The notes below the pieces were generated by a model, which saw nothing but the letters and a program-made list of their open reading frames with translations, did no database searches and had not been told where the DNA came from. A DNA stretch of 64,000 bases from Eledone cirrhosa (Eukaryota), in the NCBI GenBank assembly GCA_964016885.1, contig OZ024747.1:13082001-13146000 (forward strand), in the 5' to 3' direction. A program made the translations under genes and the position numbers. This document shows, in pieces, positions 1-13,575 of the stretch (its first letter is position 1; each line of letters opens with the position of its first letter).

Positions 1-84
1 CTTATGTTTGTGTGGTGAACACACTTACCACAAGAGCTGCATGCTTTCATTGATGTTGATGGTAATGATGATGGAAATAGCAAG

Positions 85-470
85 TAGATGGTGGATGGGT
101 GCTACATAAGAATGCTGAGGATGGCTCTGAACATTAATCAGTATACACTGAGGATGAAGAACTCAGAGCTGTATGGGAGGCTCCCAAAAGTCAGCTCAAA
201 AGTGGCACAGAGGAGACTGAGATTAGCTGGACATGCTCACCGACATCCAGAGTTGACACTGCACTCAGTGCTCCCGTGGGAGCCCCTGCATGGACACACT
301 GGAAGAGGAAAACTGAGGTTAACATATGTTGATGCCCTAAGGACACACTGGTCTCTTGGAGATGCAGGACATGGCAGTGATAATGAGGGACAGAGACTGC
401 TGGAGAGAACTCATCCATGGATCTCGGGAATTTTACCCAGCCTAGATAGATAACAAATAGAATAACAAGG
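85..470 (+). mobile_element. Degenerate C-terminal fragment of a non-LTR retrotransposon ORF (RTE/RTE-X-like)
   Basis: ORF 88-453 contains RRLRLAGHAHRH...VLPWEPLHGHTGRGKLRLTYVDAL, matching the post-RT RRLRxxGH...GxRxRGRP motif of RTE-like LINEs; frameshifted afterwards. Confidence 0.75.
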
Positions 471-2209
471 AGAATGAAACATATTTTGGTCAAAAATAGT
501 CAGAACATTTATGTCAGATTATACTGCCAACATCTAACTGTTGCTAGCAGGGAAAATGGACACTAAATGATGATGATGGCAATGATTATACTTGTCAGTT
601 TGCATTGCAGATGATATATGCAAGTCTAGTGACCATATGTGCTGGCAGATTTAGAAAATCACGCGACCTGAAGACAATAAATAAGTTCCATGTTTTGAGC
701 TATAAAGTCAAGTTAATCAACATTGACTGAATCACATGAGACAAGAGAAGACTGATTAAAGATTTCATTAAAAATTTCAATTTTCAATTTCAAAACTATG
801 TAAGACTGATAAGTTTAGGTTCCAGAAATAACTTTTAATTTAAACAGTCTGTTCAATAAATTCTGAGATTATTCACCATAAAATAAAGAGAAATCTAATC
901 TAAACTAAAAGGATTTTTATATAGATGATACTTGTATAGCATAGACCTAATAAGTGAAATTCTATATGGTTATGGGATCTGTTAGTAATAGCAGCCAAGT
1001 ATCCCTCAAATCATGCCCTACTGTCTTAAAGAGGATACATTGGCTATTGTATTCTTAGATACACTATGTATGAATATAAGATATGTTCATAAGTTTGGCA
1101 AATCAGGGCCGTCTTGGTGCTAATCAAACTGTTGAAGTGAATAACATAATGAGTTATTATTGTCTACATGGTATGGAGATCTAGACAAAGAAACTGAGAC
1201 AAGAACATAAGATCAAACACAGTCATATATATACTTAGGAATGAATGTACTAGACAGGGTTCAACACAGATGAAAGAAAAGAATAGAAAGGAATGCTATA
1301 GACAAATTTGATTACTACTTAATTCAGAACTAAATGCAAAGAATGAGGTAATAGGCATTGATACTCTACTAATCCCAGTAATAAGCTAAAGTTTTTATAT
1401 TCTGAAGGGCACACTAAAATAACTAGACAGGAAAATAAGAAAAATAATGCCTACATTGAGAATACACTACCCAAAATCATATGTATAAAGCTTACACCTA
1501 CTATGAACACAGATAGGAAGAAGCCTTATGCAACTAGAAAACTATTATAAAAAATACCACTGAAAGACTTCAAAAATATCTAATGAAGAATAATGGAAAG
1601 TTAATACAAATAGTCACGGAACATGAACAGAACCAAAAATTGTTTTCTGTCTTCAAGGAAGCCAACAAATTTAAAACAGAAGCTGAATCGACAGGTAATA
1701 ATGAAGAAAATGAAAACAAAGAAGAAACAACAGATTTTGTGAAAAAGTTAAAATCTAAATTGAAAACAGACTAGAATGCCATACTAAAATGATAGCAAGA
1801 AAAACACTGACATGGCCTATACTAAAACAAAAGATTAATAGAGAGGAAGTGGACAAGCAAAATGCACAAAAACTGGTTAAGAAGCTCGGCTCTAAAAGCC
1901 AAGATTGAAAGGTTTCTAATTGCTGCATAGAATCAAAGCTTTCCTGTTAGAAGTCACTGAAAGTACATAGCGAAGCCAACACAGTAAATAACTGTAGAGT
2001 ATATGGAGAGAAGAAACGATTAACCGTATTACCCAGTCTTAGATAAAAAAGACTATATTCACAGACATAATAGAATTAGAATTTACATACACTATATGTT
2101 ATGTCAATACTATGAAATACCAAAAAATTGTGGTACAGACATACATCAGAAAAGGTGTCAGAGAAAGACAAAGCAACCATACTCTTGGATATGTCGATAT
2201 ATACAGACA

Positions 2210-2802
2210 CATAAATGAATTGAGAGAGAGACTGAGCATAAGAGGAATCAAATGCTGTGTGCAGGAGAGGCGGTTGTGCTGGTATGGACATGTGATGCGT
2301 ATGAAGGATGACAGCTGCATAAAAAGGTGCAGAGCACTAGAAGTTGATGGAAACCGCAGAGTGGAGAGACCCAAGATGACCTGGGATGAGGTGATAAAAG
2401 CTGACCTTACCCAATTACACCTCTCAAAGACAATGACACACGACCGTGACTTCTGGCGTCACGCAGTAATACAGAGTACCCGACCTCCCATGGGTACATG
2501 CTGAAGCATATAAACAATATGCCCCCACACGCCCCACCGCAAGGTGGTCGTGGAGGTGCCACGGCAAAAAAGCACCCAGCCCACACTGTAAAGTGGACAT
2601 GTAGGCGCCACGAAAAAGCACCCAGCACTCACTGTAAATGAGGTTGGTGTTAGGAAGGGCATCCAGCTGTAGAAATCAAGCCAGATCAGTTCCTGTATGA
2701 GCAAGGCATGGTCAGCCGACCAGACACTGCACACAACAGGACAACCCGTCTAACCCATGCTAGCGTGGAAGAACGGACGTAAAACGGTGATGATGATGAT
2801 GA
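2210..2802 (+). mobile_element. RTE LINE 3' fragment (family A1) with ~300 bp 3'UTR and (TGA)n tail
   Basis: [13 protein letters not shown]...RPKMTWDEVI, then UTR ending cccatgctagcgtggaagaacggacgtaaaacgg(tga)n; UTR nearly identical to 29845-30153. Confidence 0.9.
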
Positions 2803-3094
2803 CAGAGATCAAAGCCAACTGACCAGATATAGTCAAAGACCTCAAAGAAAAAAAAATGTCTTCTAATTGACATATCAGTCCCCACAGACAACAATATGTT
2901 TATCAAAGAAATGTAGAAATTATCCAAATATAAAAATTTGGAGATAGAAATGATCCACATGTGGACGATAAAAAAACAGAAATGATCCCTATAATAATAG
3001 ATGCTTTGGGAATGATTGAAAACACAGAAAAAAATACATAATTCAGAACTATACAGCCTATAGAAAATAGCATTATTAGGTACTGCACACACAT

Positions 3095-3407
3095 CATCAT
3101 CATCATCATCATTGTACGTCTGCTTTTCTCTGCTTGCAAGGGTGGGACAGGTCCTATTCAGGACAGCCCCTCTCCATTCGTCACGGTCCTTCGTCATCTC
3201 CTCCATGAGCTTATGCGATCTGAGGTCTGCTCTCACCACCTCCGCCCATGATTTTCATAGTCTTCCTCTACTGCGTCTTCCTTCCACTGGGATTTATTGG
3301 CACTTCTTTACCCAGCAGTCATCCTCCATGCGCATCACATGTCTATACCATCGCAGTATTCACTTCTCCCACACACTACAGCTTATCCCTCTTATACACA
3401 GTTTCTA
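3095..3407 (-). mobile_element. RTE LINE 3' fragment (family B)
   Basis: Minus strand [39 protein letters not shown] plus (TGA)n tail; flanked by acacat duplication at 3089-3094 and 3408-3413. Confidence 0.9.
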
Positions 3408-4339
3408 ACACATTAAAAAAAGTACTCTCAATGCAATAGAAATAGCAACACCAAAAGCAACACTGCACAAACCCAAGGCACACAGTACTGTGCTTGGTAA
3501 TGCAGTGAAGACCAATAATAAAAAAGAATATAATTATTTCATTATTAACCACACAGGGCTGACATTAAGCAAACAATAGATATTGCACAGGATGATACAG
3601 TGTAGGTTTTTGCATGCAAAAGAAACAACAACAAAACGAACAAAGGTTATAACAAAAACTAAATCAAACAAAAATAACTTTCCCAACAGAGGGAGACCAC
3701 TGCAGGTTACTCATAGAGGAAGCACACAACAGTCTATGGTCACCCTGATTACTGGGTCAAACACCCTCTCCCAATCATCCTCCTCCAAATAATATATTCT
3801 ACAAGGGTTTGTAGATAGTAGTTATTAACATTTACATAATGATGATGATGCGACAATGGTAAATTTGACTTTAATTACATTCATTTGTTTGGTCTTGACA
3901 CTGTGACATGTTTTCCAGTTAATCCAATATTGCCATTGAAGAATTCAATAAAACTTTATTTATCATTCAATTTCATTCTTGTATGGACTTTGCAATCTGT
4001 CGAATTTTTTTTCCTCTAACATCCATGTTCTGAAATATCTTGTTTGCTGAGTCAACGTTGTGAGACAGGAATGTCAGTGCTATTATTTGTTCGCTAGGAT
4101 ATCCTATATATCTATATTATTACATTAAATAGATATTTGATCTTAGGATTTGGATGTCAGCAAATGAAGCCTTATTGAAGAGGAAATTATAATTACTGTT
4201 TTGGATTAAGAAAATAAATTTAGGAAAGATATCTTTGGTTCTCTTCATAGCCTCAACTAAAATGGTGATGCAAAATTACCACCGCTACTACCATCACTAC
4301 CACCACCACTACCAATGACAAGAGTCAAACCAATGAGGG

Positions 4340-4520
4340 AACTTCTACATGGTTGCTCAACCTGTTAGAAATAGCAATTAAATTACCCTCAAATCACATT
4401 TTATTGTCTTAGAAAGAATATGTTAATGTGGTACTAGGTTCCCTACACAGAAAAAAATGGTTATAACTGGAAAGTCTTCTTGATAAGGTCGGAGGAACCT
4501 AAATAACAACAACAACAGCA
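4340..4520 (+). repeat. Old dispersed repeat family (probable ancient SINE with (AAC)n tail); other copies ~960-1130 (+), ~13840-14060 (-), ~25305-25500 (+), ~25550-25720 (-)
   Basis: Shared motif ctgttagaaatagcagccaaat.tccctcaaatca recurs in diverged form. Confidence 0.55.
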
Positions 4521-5398
4521 ACAAGAAAGAGATGCTCTATATGATATTTCATCTAGATAGAAATAACAAATTAATAATTTCACTCAAATCGCATCTGAGT
4601 TTCTTAAAGAAGAAAATTTAATGTAGTTACTTATCCCCCAAAAAGAAAGGATTGTTATGGCTGGAATGTATTTGATTATAGGCATGCTTGATTGGGGTTA
4701 ATCTGGGGCTAAACATCAACAATGAACCAGTGGGAAAACCTCTCCATGATCTCTTGATCTAACAGCCAAATGTCTTAAATTTATCTCTATCTTGAAAACT
4801 CTATTATTTTGCTTAGACAAAAGAGAGTTCTTTCACTGAAAACTTACAATCCTATCACTATGCTAACACATCTTACAGCCATTCTACCTCCATTAACACT
4901 CACAACCATCGTTTTTAATCCCCCATTATCATGCTTATGTGCGTTGGATGGGACTTTTTGAGGCAGTAGTTTATGACGAGGTGTCCTTCCTAATGCTATA
5001 TAGGGAAACAGTGTACCTTTTATGAAAATTGAGATTCTATTACTATGACAATAAAATACTAAATACTGTTCAAATTCTGAATTCAGTTGAATTTTCATAA
5101 AGCATGAAAAATACATCATATCAATTTTATAAGTTAACTAAAAATCAACAACAAAAAAAATCATTGGATTATTAGTGAACAAATAAATCATTTCTTAGTC
5201 TTTATTATTGTTCCTACATATATCTTGCAGGTGTTTATAATAACATTGTAATAGTTTATTATAGAGTTATATATATATAATGCACATTATTACTGCATAT
5301 GAATATTAAGAATTTATTATCTACTGGAAGGTATTATAATATGAATTATTAAGAAAACATGTCTATCTATTTCATTTTGGTTGCGTGAAAGTGATTAA

Positions 5399-5628
5399 CT
5401 TTCAATAGTTACAAATTCTTGAAAAGTATAAATCTCTCAATAGTTAGACACTTTTGAAAAGTATAAAATAGCACCATGATTACATTACATTAAAAATAAA
5501 GTCTTTACTCTATTTAATACTACTAATTTTCACAATGATCTGTCTAGTAATAAAAGCGCTATACACATTTGAATTGACAAACTTGGTTTTTAGATATTTT
5601 CTGTTAACTCATCACAGGATGTTAAGGG
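5399..5628 (-). mobile_element. Diverged piggyBac-type MITE (same family as 24534-24744)
   Basis: Ends caggatgttaaggg|ttaa; internal sequence is the reverse complement of the 24534 element. Confidence 0.65.
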
Positions 5629-7044
5629 TTAACCATCAAAAGTGTTCATTTGATTTCATGACGGAATACAGTTTTAATTGCTCACTTAACAGAAATGAAC
5701 AGTCGTTTTTATTGAATTTCAATTAACATTACATATTTTTCTTTTGTAGTTAATTATTAAACAAACATCATATTTTTGATGGTCAGACATATTTTAGTGA
5801 AAGTTAATTAAAATTACTGAATTATTTCATCCTTTTAATTGCATATAACCACAACAGAAAAAATGAAGTAGGTGATTCTAAAAATGTTTATTTATGACTA
5901 ATAATTATTTTCAGCTAACTTGTTGGGGTGTTACCAATTGAATTGGGTGTTACCAATTGAATTGACTAACTTTATTGCATCTGGAAGCACCAAAAAACCA
6001 AACAGGCATGACAGGTCTCAATAAGTAAACAACTTAAATATCATAAAGCACATGAAGCTAACTGTCTATCATATTTACCACCCCCACACCTCCCTTGTTT
6101 ATATCAACTATTGATACATATGTTGATATTTTAATTGAAAGACTGCTGAAAAGCAAGCTACAATAATTTATCTTGGTAATAATCCAACAATTTTTCTGCT
6201 AAACTTTCATAATCTTTATATTGCATTTTTTTTCAAAAGAATGAACTGAATTTCCCCAGGGATAACAGCTTTCAACAATAAATGAATAATACAATTAGGA
6301 TGAGAATGCATGGCCAAGTAGATAAGCTGTCAGCTTTTAGCTAAAGAGACATAAATTGTATTCTGATATCATCCCAAATACTATTAAACTTCTGTTCCAC
6401 TTACCTGGCACCAGGCAATTAAATAGAGAGGAAAGGAGGAAAGAGAGTGAGGGATGGAAAGGAGGAGAAGAGAGAGAGAGAACGGAGTGAGAGAAGGGAG
6501 AAAAGAGGAGGAGGAAGAGAGAGAAATTCTTCTAGTGAAATTTGTTAGCCATAAAGTAATTTAAGTGAATGACAGCTGCCATTAGTTACACATAATCTTC
6601 ACATCTTTCAGGGCTTCACATTCACATCTTTCAAGTTATGTCATCTTAGCAGATTTACTTGTCGTTAATCACTGAAAGATTGATCTATCTGTGAAGCAGG
6701 GTATCCTAATTAAACCAGAAATGTTTGGTTAATTAGATCATTTGACCCCTATATTGTATGGTTCTGTTATTTAATATTATTTGTTAGACCAAACTTGAAA
6801 TGTAAAGGTTGTGTGTATAGTTTATTGATTAAGTTGATCAGAAGATCAAACCTGCCACACACATGACCTCGTTTCTTCTAACCTAGATACACCATTCCAA
6901 TTAAAAATTAGAATCCACTCATGGTTGAATTAAGCAAAGAATCCAGCTGTATTTTATAGATTGTTCCCACAAGTTTGAATTTATAGAAACATTCAACCAA
7001 AGTTATGGAAAATTGGAAAAATTAGACAACATATATAGAATATA

Positions 7045-7254
7045 CAGGGTGACCACAAAAACACACCTGCTACGTTGTTGTGGAGTGAACACCATCTTGA
7101 ATTACACTGCCATCTAGTGGATTGAGTCAATTCTGAAAATGTGGAAAGAAACTTTTAGTTTATGCAACTGTAGCCATCAATATTGTAAGAATATTCATTT
7201 GAGTTTTGATATTATAAGTATTTGAAATCAAGGATTGTTTTTGTAGTCACCCTG
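7045..7254. mobile_element. Tc1/mariner-type MITE
   Basis: TIRs cagggtgaccacaaaaac / gtttttgtagtcaccctg, flanked by TA on both sides. Confidence 0.85.
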
Positions 7255-7369
7255 TATTTTAAGGTGAATGACATAGGAATTTTTGCAGTTTTATAGGTCT
7301 TTACTTATTATGGGAATGTAAATTTTAATGTCCCAGCAATGGAGCTACACCACAGAGTCTTAGTTCTTG

Positions 7370-7545
7370 GGGAGATTCAGTATGACAAGGCTGGCCCTTT
7401 GAATTACAGGTACAACTCATTTTCCAGCTGAAAGGTTGGGGCCAATGTGAAATAAAGTGTTCTGCTCAAAGACACAATGTACCACCAGGAATTGAAATTG
7501 CAACCATATGATGATGAGCAGAACTCCAAAGCCACCCTCCTTCAC
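7370..7545 (-). mobile_element. Older tRNA-derived CORE-type SINE
   Basis: Reverse complement of core gtgtctttgagcagaacactttatttcacattg; body shared with 10340-10860. Confidence 0.7.
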
Positions 7546-7553
7546 ACACACAC

Positions 7554-7595
<42 letters not shown>

Positions 7596-9172
7596 GTTTT
7601 AAGGCTATTTTCCTGCTAAAGTAGGGTTAGCCTTGTGAGCCCTATGATAGAATTCATACGCACAATGGGCCCTCTTTTTAAGACAATGTTTTATAGCCAG
7701 ATGCCCGTCCTGGAGTCAACCCTTTTATTCACCTCCAACAATATCCAGGGATATGGTATACCTATTCTATATTGGATACATACAGTGTGTATATTGTCTA
7801 GCAATTCTTTTGATCACCAATGTCATAATATGTTTGTTTCTGTAATCATAGTATTCCGTATTGCCTTTACTCCTGATTTTTAATGTGTATATTATCCAAT
7901 TGTATTTTGCTATCAGGCAGGAGTTGGAGTGTTGAAGAGAGATAGCTGCATTTATATGTACTGGGAATAGACAATAGATGTTTAGTGTAGGATAGACCAA
8001 AGAAAGCTTGGATGGGTTGTTAGCTTAGTTGACTTTTATAGTCATGCTTATAAAACAAGGCCATAAAAGTGGTTGAATATATTCCATATTATTCATTGCT
8101 TAAAGTTTTGAACAGTTTATATCTAAATCAATATCAGAGCACACAGGTTATGTTCTAATTGCCATTGCTTCCAGAAAATTAAATAAAACTATAATTAAAA
8201 TTTGTGGAATATTTGTAAGTAATATTGTTGCAAATAGCAGGCAGTAAATATAACCTTCTGTTGCACTGGTGCACTTGGGCACTTTAAGAGTTTAGAAATA
8301 TAATTTTCTTGAGATCATCAGCTGTATTTTGCATGACTGTGACTAAATAAATATGACAAGCTGAGCAAAATTAGTGGAATTACATGTTGTCTTTCTAATA
8401 GTTAAACAATAACTGTGATAAGAACAGCAACATTCTCTTGTAATAATAGGCAATTAGATCAATATAAGTCCATTTTGGAGAATATATATGCAAAGATGCA
8501 ATTGTTGATAGTCATTATAAATCTGAGTAATGGAGGTTTTTCTATCGGAGAAAATAAATAAAAAATGATTTGTTCATTCTAAATATCTTCAAAATGAAAT
8601 TAAAAAATAAATCATTAGATCTTATCTAGTTTTAAAATGATTTTAGTCATTGCTTAATAATGAAATCTATCAGTTATTTTTATATGTTTCTCTTTTTTCT
8701 GTCTTTCTCTGAACTGTACTTTTATAGGAGACTAAACCCTAAAGAAGTCAATCATAAGCTTAGAATGAAACTCATTAAGCAGTTTGTGATTGATGTTGAT
8801 TTAGTTTCATCTTTGATTTTTTTCTCTAAGTAATTTGACCTTGATGTTTAACTGTTATCCTCTTTAGTTGAAATGAGAGAGAAAATACTTATGAATCAAC
8901 AATTTATATTTATCTGTTAAGAAAGAATATTTGAAGAGTAAAGTCACATAAAGTTAAACATTACTTACAGTTCTTTGTTGTAAGCAAAGGTTACAGTGTA
9001 ATCTCGGGAATTTTATTCACCATAATATATGATTATAAATTCCTCTATGAAGCAATGGTTTGCTGTATGGTATGTATATTCATACCAACTTACCTATCAA
9101 ACACTATTCTTGTATTCTGATTCAGCATATAAATTGAATAATTATGCTTCTGAATTACTCCAGTTATATTAA

Positions 9173-9400
9173 CTCTTAACATACGGTAATGATTTAGCAG
9201 AAAATGTCTAAATACAGGATTGTTAATTCAAATGTTTATAGTATAATTACTAATTGATCGTTGGGAAAATTTGCAGAAAACTAAAGTAAAGACTTTAATT
9301 TTCAATATGATATAGTTATAGTCCTGTTTTGTATTTTTAAAGAATGTCTTGCAAATGTGGTCTCATGTGGTACAGGAGTTTAAGAAACATTATGGAGGGT
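9173..9400 (+). mobile_element. Diverged piggyBac-type MITE (same family as 24534-24744)
   Basis: Starts ttaa|ctcttaacatacggtaatgatttagcagaaaatgtctaaa; body colinear with the 24534 copy. Confidence 0.7.
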
Positions 9401-10339
9401 TAAATATTCATCCAAAGTAGAATTTACCAAGAAATTTAATAATTATGAGAGTATTTCTAAAATAATGGCCATCCATCAATGTCATGGCTATTAGCTGCTT
9501 CCTATCAATTCTAAGTGATTTGATTAATTGGCCATGCTCATTCATAGTTAAAGAAAATTTCCATTTCCCATGCTCTTTGCCAACTCTGTGGTTATAATCT
9601 GGATCCAGTAGTGTAGCCTGAAGTATTTATTTGAAATAAATTGTACTGAATAATCCTTTACAACAATAAATCAATAGACTATTCTTGCTGGCTCAATAAG
9701 ATATTTATGTAAAGACATCATTATCATGAATGTGTTATAGGAGAGCTACAGGTGCAACATGGCTCTTTTCTGACATGCAATACATTCGCCTATAAAATAC
9801 TGGCAACTTGCTGTTCTTTTATTTTAATATTTTATTTTCACTGTGTCAAAGAAAACGTATTTTATTTGGTGAGAGGAAGAGGAGGTAGGGGTTACAGTAA
9901 GATATATATTTTAGGAAGCTTGCTATATTTGCTGTTTTTTTTTATTACATTTAAACATTTTATTTTTCTCTCTCTCTCCCTACAGTGTGTCCCCCCAAAA
10001 TATATACACACTTTGATTATATTTACAGGCAATATTTATTAGAATGCTGTTGAAGTGTGTATACATTTTATGAGACCCTGTATATGTATATATGTGTTTG
10101 TTTTGTAATGTTTTTTTTATTACTCTTAATCATGAGTATATGTTGACATTTTGTTCTTAAACATTTGCTGCTGACTTAAACCTTGATATGAAGTTCAGGT
10201 CTGAAATACTTATATTGGGTTTCCATTTAGTGTCAGATAATTTAATTTTATACTATAAAGTCTAAGGTAATACATAAAGGTCTCTGAATATTGTGTTAGA
10301 TATTATAACAATCAAAATAGACATATTCAATTAATGTAA

Positions 10340-10860
10340 GGTTAAGGTGATTCACTAATAAACGCAAATTCAGCTCATGATCTTAAAGTCTTGAATTCGA
10401 TTTCCATTGGTGTATTGTGACCTTAAGTAAGGTACTTTATTTCACATTGCACTAGACCAGGCATGTCAAACATGCGGCCCACGTGCGGCCCTTTACAAGC
10501 ATACTTGTGGCCCGCACAAAGGTTTTTACAGCATGAGCGTAATATGAAATAAAAAATATTAGTTGTGATGTGTCCAATTAGTTGTCATGTGTGGCCCTCA
10601 GACAACACATATGTGACCCATGTGCCCCTCGAGGGCCCTCAGTTAGATATGCCTGCTCTAGACCACTCAGCCGGCAAAAATGATTTGTACCTGTAATTTA
10701 AAGGGACAGCCTTGTCACCTATGTACAGTGCCATGCCGAATCTCCCTGAGAATTACATTAAGGGTGTATGTATCTGAGTAATGCTCAGCCACTTGCAGAT
10801 TAATTTCATGAGCAAGCTGTTCTGTTGTTCAAACAACTGGGGCACTTGTAGTCGGAATTG
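10340..10860 (+). mobile_element. Older CORE-type SINE interrupted by a hAT MITE
   Basis: gtgaccttaagtaaggtactttatttcacattgc core, resumes after 10663 with cactcagccggcaaaaatga. Confidence 0.7.
10458..10655. mobile_element. hAT (Charlie-like) MITE
   Basis: TIRs caggcatgtcaaac / gttagatatgcctg, subterminal gcggccc repeats, 8-bp TSD cactagac (10450-10457) / ctctagac (10656-10663). Confidence 0.88.
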
Positions 10861-11997
10861 ATGGAAATCCAAAACTGAAGGTGATACATTACTGTCAGGA
10901 GCTATAATCTATTTTCAACCTCTTTTGGGGATTTAGTGTGTATAGTGAGAACTAGGTGCCATCTCACTTCAGGAATGAATAGTTAGTGGTTGTCTAATCA
11001 ATTACTCCAACAATTGTTTGTGAAGCTTGTCTCTTTCCATGACCAAAAGGTCTTACAATGGCCAATATAAATGTAGTATGTCTATATTGAAGTATAGCTG
11101 CATGGATAAAATATTAACAACACTAACCTTGTTACAGAGAAAGCAATTATATAATTTAATTATGTGCTAATAGCACTTAACAGTTGGACTCTCATATCAT
11201 TTTATTTAGGATGTATTTTATTGATAATTTGTAGGTTGTAGGATTTCTAGAAGGAACTTGGTAATTCAATGATGCTATTGTAAGGTAGAATATTTTACAC
11301 GTTCTTTAGTAATCTTCACAGCATTAAATAAAACAAAATTTCTTTCCTTGAAACAAAGCTAGTAATGCAATTTTTTCCACTCATACATCAATATTAGACA
11401 ATGTTGCATAAAGTACATCGTAATCATTATCAGCATCATTATCAGCATTATCATCACTGTTTAACATTTATTTTCCATGCTTGCATGGGTTAGATGAATT
11501 GTAACAATATGAGGTTAGACAGGTCAGATGACCACGTATTACTCATATATTGCTTGGTTTTCTATGGCTGGGTGCTCTTCCTAATGCCAGCCACTTTACA
11601 ACATGTAATAGAAGCATTTTTCATGGCACCAGCTCTAGCTGCCTTACAGGGTAGAACAACAACATCAACATCAACATCAACGTTAGATAGATATAAAAGA
11701 GAGAAAAATAACTTAATAGATAATGTATAGGATTAACAGTGTGTTGTAAGAGGGGATTAAAAAGTTTGGCATCAGGAAGAGCACCCAGCTGTAAAACATT
11801 GTCTCAAAACATCCTGTATAACCAATTCCATGGAAAAGTGGAGATAAAAACAACAATGATGATGATGATGAATGATATAATTATTGAATAATTAAATCAG
11901 TGAACTTCTGGTCCGAATATCATTAATTGAAATGTTTTATTAATTGAAAAACTTAATTTTGATTGTCTCTAGCAGCAACTTTATTAAAAACTAGAAT

Positions 11998-12020
11998 ATG
12001 TCCAACCTCATAGCTGAATG
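11998..12020 (+). CDS. Tentative first coding exon (MSNLIAEW) of an unidentified host gene
   Basis: Acceptor ttgattgtctctag at 11972, ATG 11998, donor tg|gttagt; phase 2 matches exon 19206. No homology recognised. Confidence 0.2.
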
Positions 12021-12769
12021 GTTAGTGATTGCAGTGACATCTGTTGAAACACTTCAACCTTAATGAAATAGCCAGATTTTTAGAGTTATTAAACACATTA
12101 CTGCAAATAATTAACAAAAATATGCATATATTTAAATGATAGATAACATTATATATCAATGAAGTTCTTAGTGAAATGAAAAGTAACTTCTGTTGCCAGT
12201 TGTACCTCTTTCAATTCACTTACATTGCTGTGAAACACATGAATACCACAACTTATTTGCCCACTTCCAATAGACCTAATCATCCATTAATGAATATCTC
12301 TCATTAGTGAAGGTCAAGCTACTGAATCTGTTATCGCGCCAATATTAGATAAATATCATTTAAAAATAATTAAATAGAATAACAAAGAGAAAGCTAGTGA
12401 TGAACATATTCAGCATTCATAGTTTTTCCCTACAAAATTATCATATAAAACGAAAATATAGTCGATCAATTCATTCATAATTGTTCATGTTGTTCTTTTA
12501 TTTCATTGTTCAATCTGGGAAGTATTTATCATGTTGTACCTCTCCTATTCTGAAATGTTATTATAGTATACATCATCTACCTAGAAATATGAGATTAAAT
12601 CAAATATACTTGCATGTGATATTTGTATTGAATTTTGAATTGTCTAATTGAAACAGTTAGAATGTAATTTTATTATGGAGCCAAGAGTCTATCTCATATG
12701 ATTTCTAACCTGCTATTACAATTCTCATAATAACAATAATAATGTTTAATAATAGTAAGAATGATTTCT

Positions 12770-13575
12770 AGCATAGACACAAGGTCACACATTTGGCATA
12801 GTGGATAAAATAGAGCCAATCATATGAACTCCAGTACTTGAATGGTACATTTTCCATTAATACCAAACTGGGGAAAGTAAATACGACGGTAAGATTTGAA
12901 CTCATTTTGTAAAGTACCAAACCAAATATCTCAAAGCATTTTGTCCATTGCTCTAACAATTCTACCAATAAATAAAAAAACAAAATAATTGTTTCTACTT
13001 TTGGTATAAGGCCAGACATTTTTGGAGAGGGAAAAGTTGATTAAATCAACTCCAGTGCATTACAGGTACTTTATTTTATCAACCTCATAAGGATGAAAGG
13101 CAAAGTTGACCTCAATGGGATTTGAAATCAGAATGGAAATGGTTGTAACAAAATACTACAATGCATTTTGTCCAATACACTAATGATTCTGCTAGTGCAC
13201 CGCCCTTAATAATAATAATGATTTCTTTGTCAGAAGAGTACCAAATTCATTAAGTATGGAAATTGAATGATGGGAAAAAATTATGGTGGTGTTAAATAAA
13301 ATATATACAATATTATGATAAGCTAAAGAAAAAATTATCCCAAGGCCAGAACTAATCCTAATTTTATTGGTGTTAAGTGGCTGAGAATATAAGACTCCCC
13401 ATTCGATGGGATGCCACTTAGTCACCAGGTTAACACTCCAGTTGTTGTTAGTATTCAGCTTTTCAGATAAATGAATTGAAACATTGTGAAATGAAGTGTC
13501 TTGCTCAAGGACATAGCACACCACTTGATTTGCGAATTGAACCTATAATCTTGAATTCAATACACTAACAGTTGC
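12770..13575 (-). mobile_element. Cluster of three old SINEs (two of the second SINE family, one CORE-type)
   Basis: ggtactttattttatcaacctcataaggatgaaaggcaaagttgacctc at 13065-13113; gtgaaatgaagtgtcttgctcaaggacat at 13486-13514. Confidence 0.7.

Larger units (their letters stand above)
1160..3540 (+). mobile_element. Decayed 5'-truncated R4/Dong-type non-LTR retrotransposon (RT thumb, CCHC knuckle, restriction-like endonuclease), split by two RTE insertions
   Basis: Manual translation through stops/frameshifts: SYIYLG (1223), LNSELNAKN, LDRKIRK, NWLRSSALK, FLIAA*NQ, NNCRV, DYIHRHNRI, DMSIYTD|TEIKAN*PDIV, CLLIDISVPTDNN..KEM*KLSKYKNLEIE, KIALLGTAH|TLKKVLSMQ* (stop 3437-3439). Confidence 0.85.
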
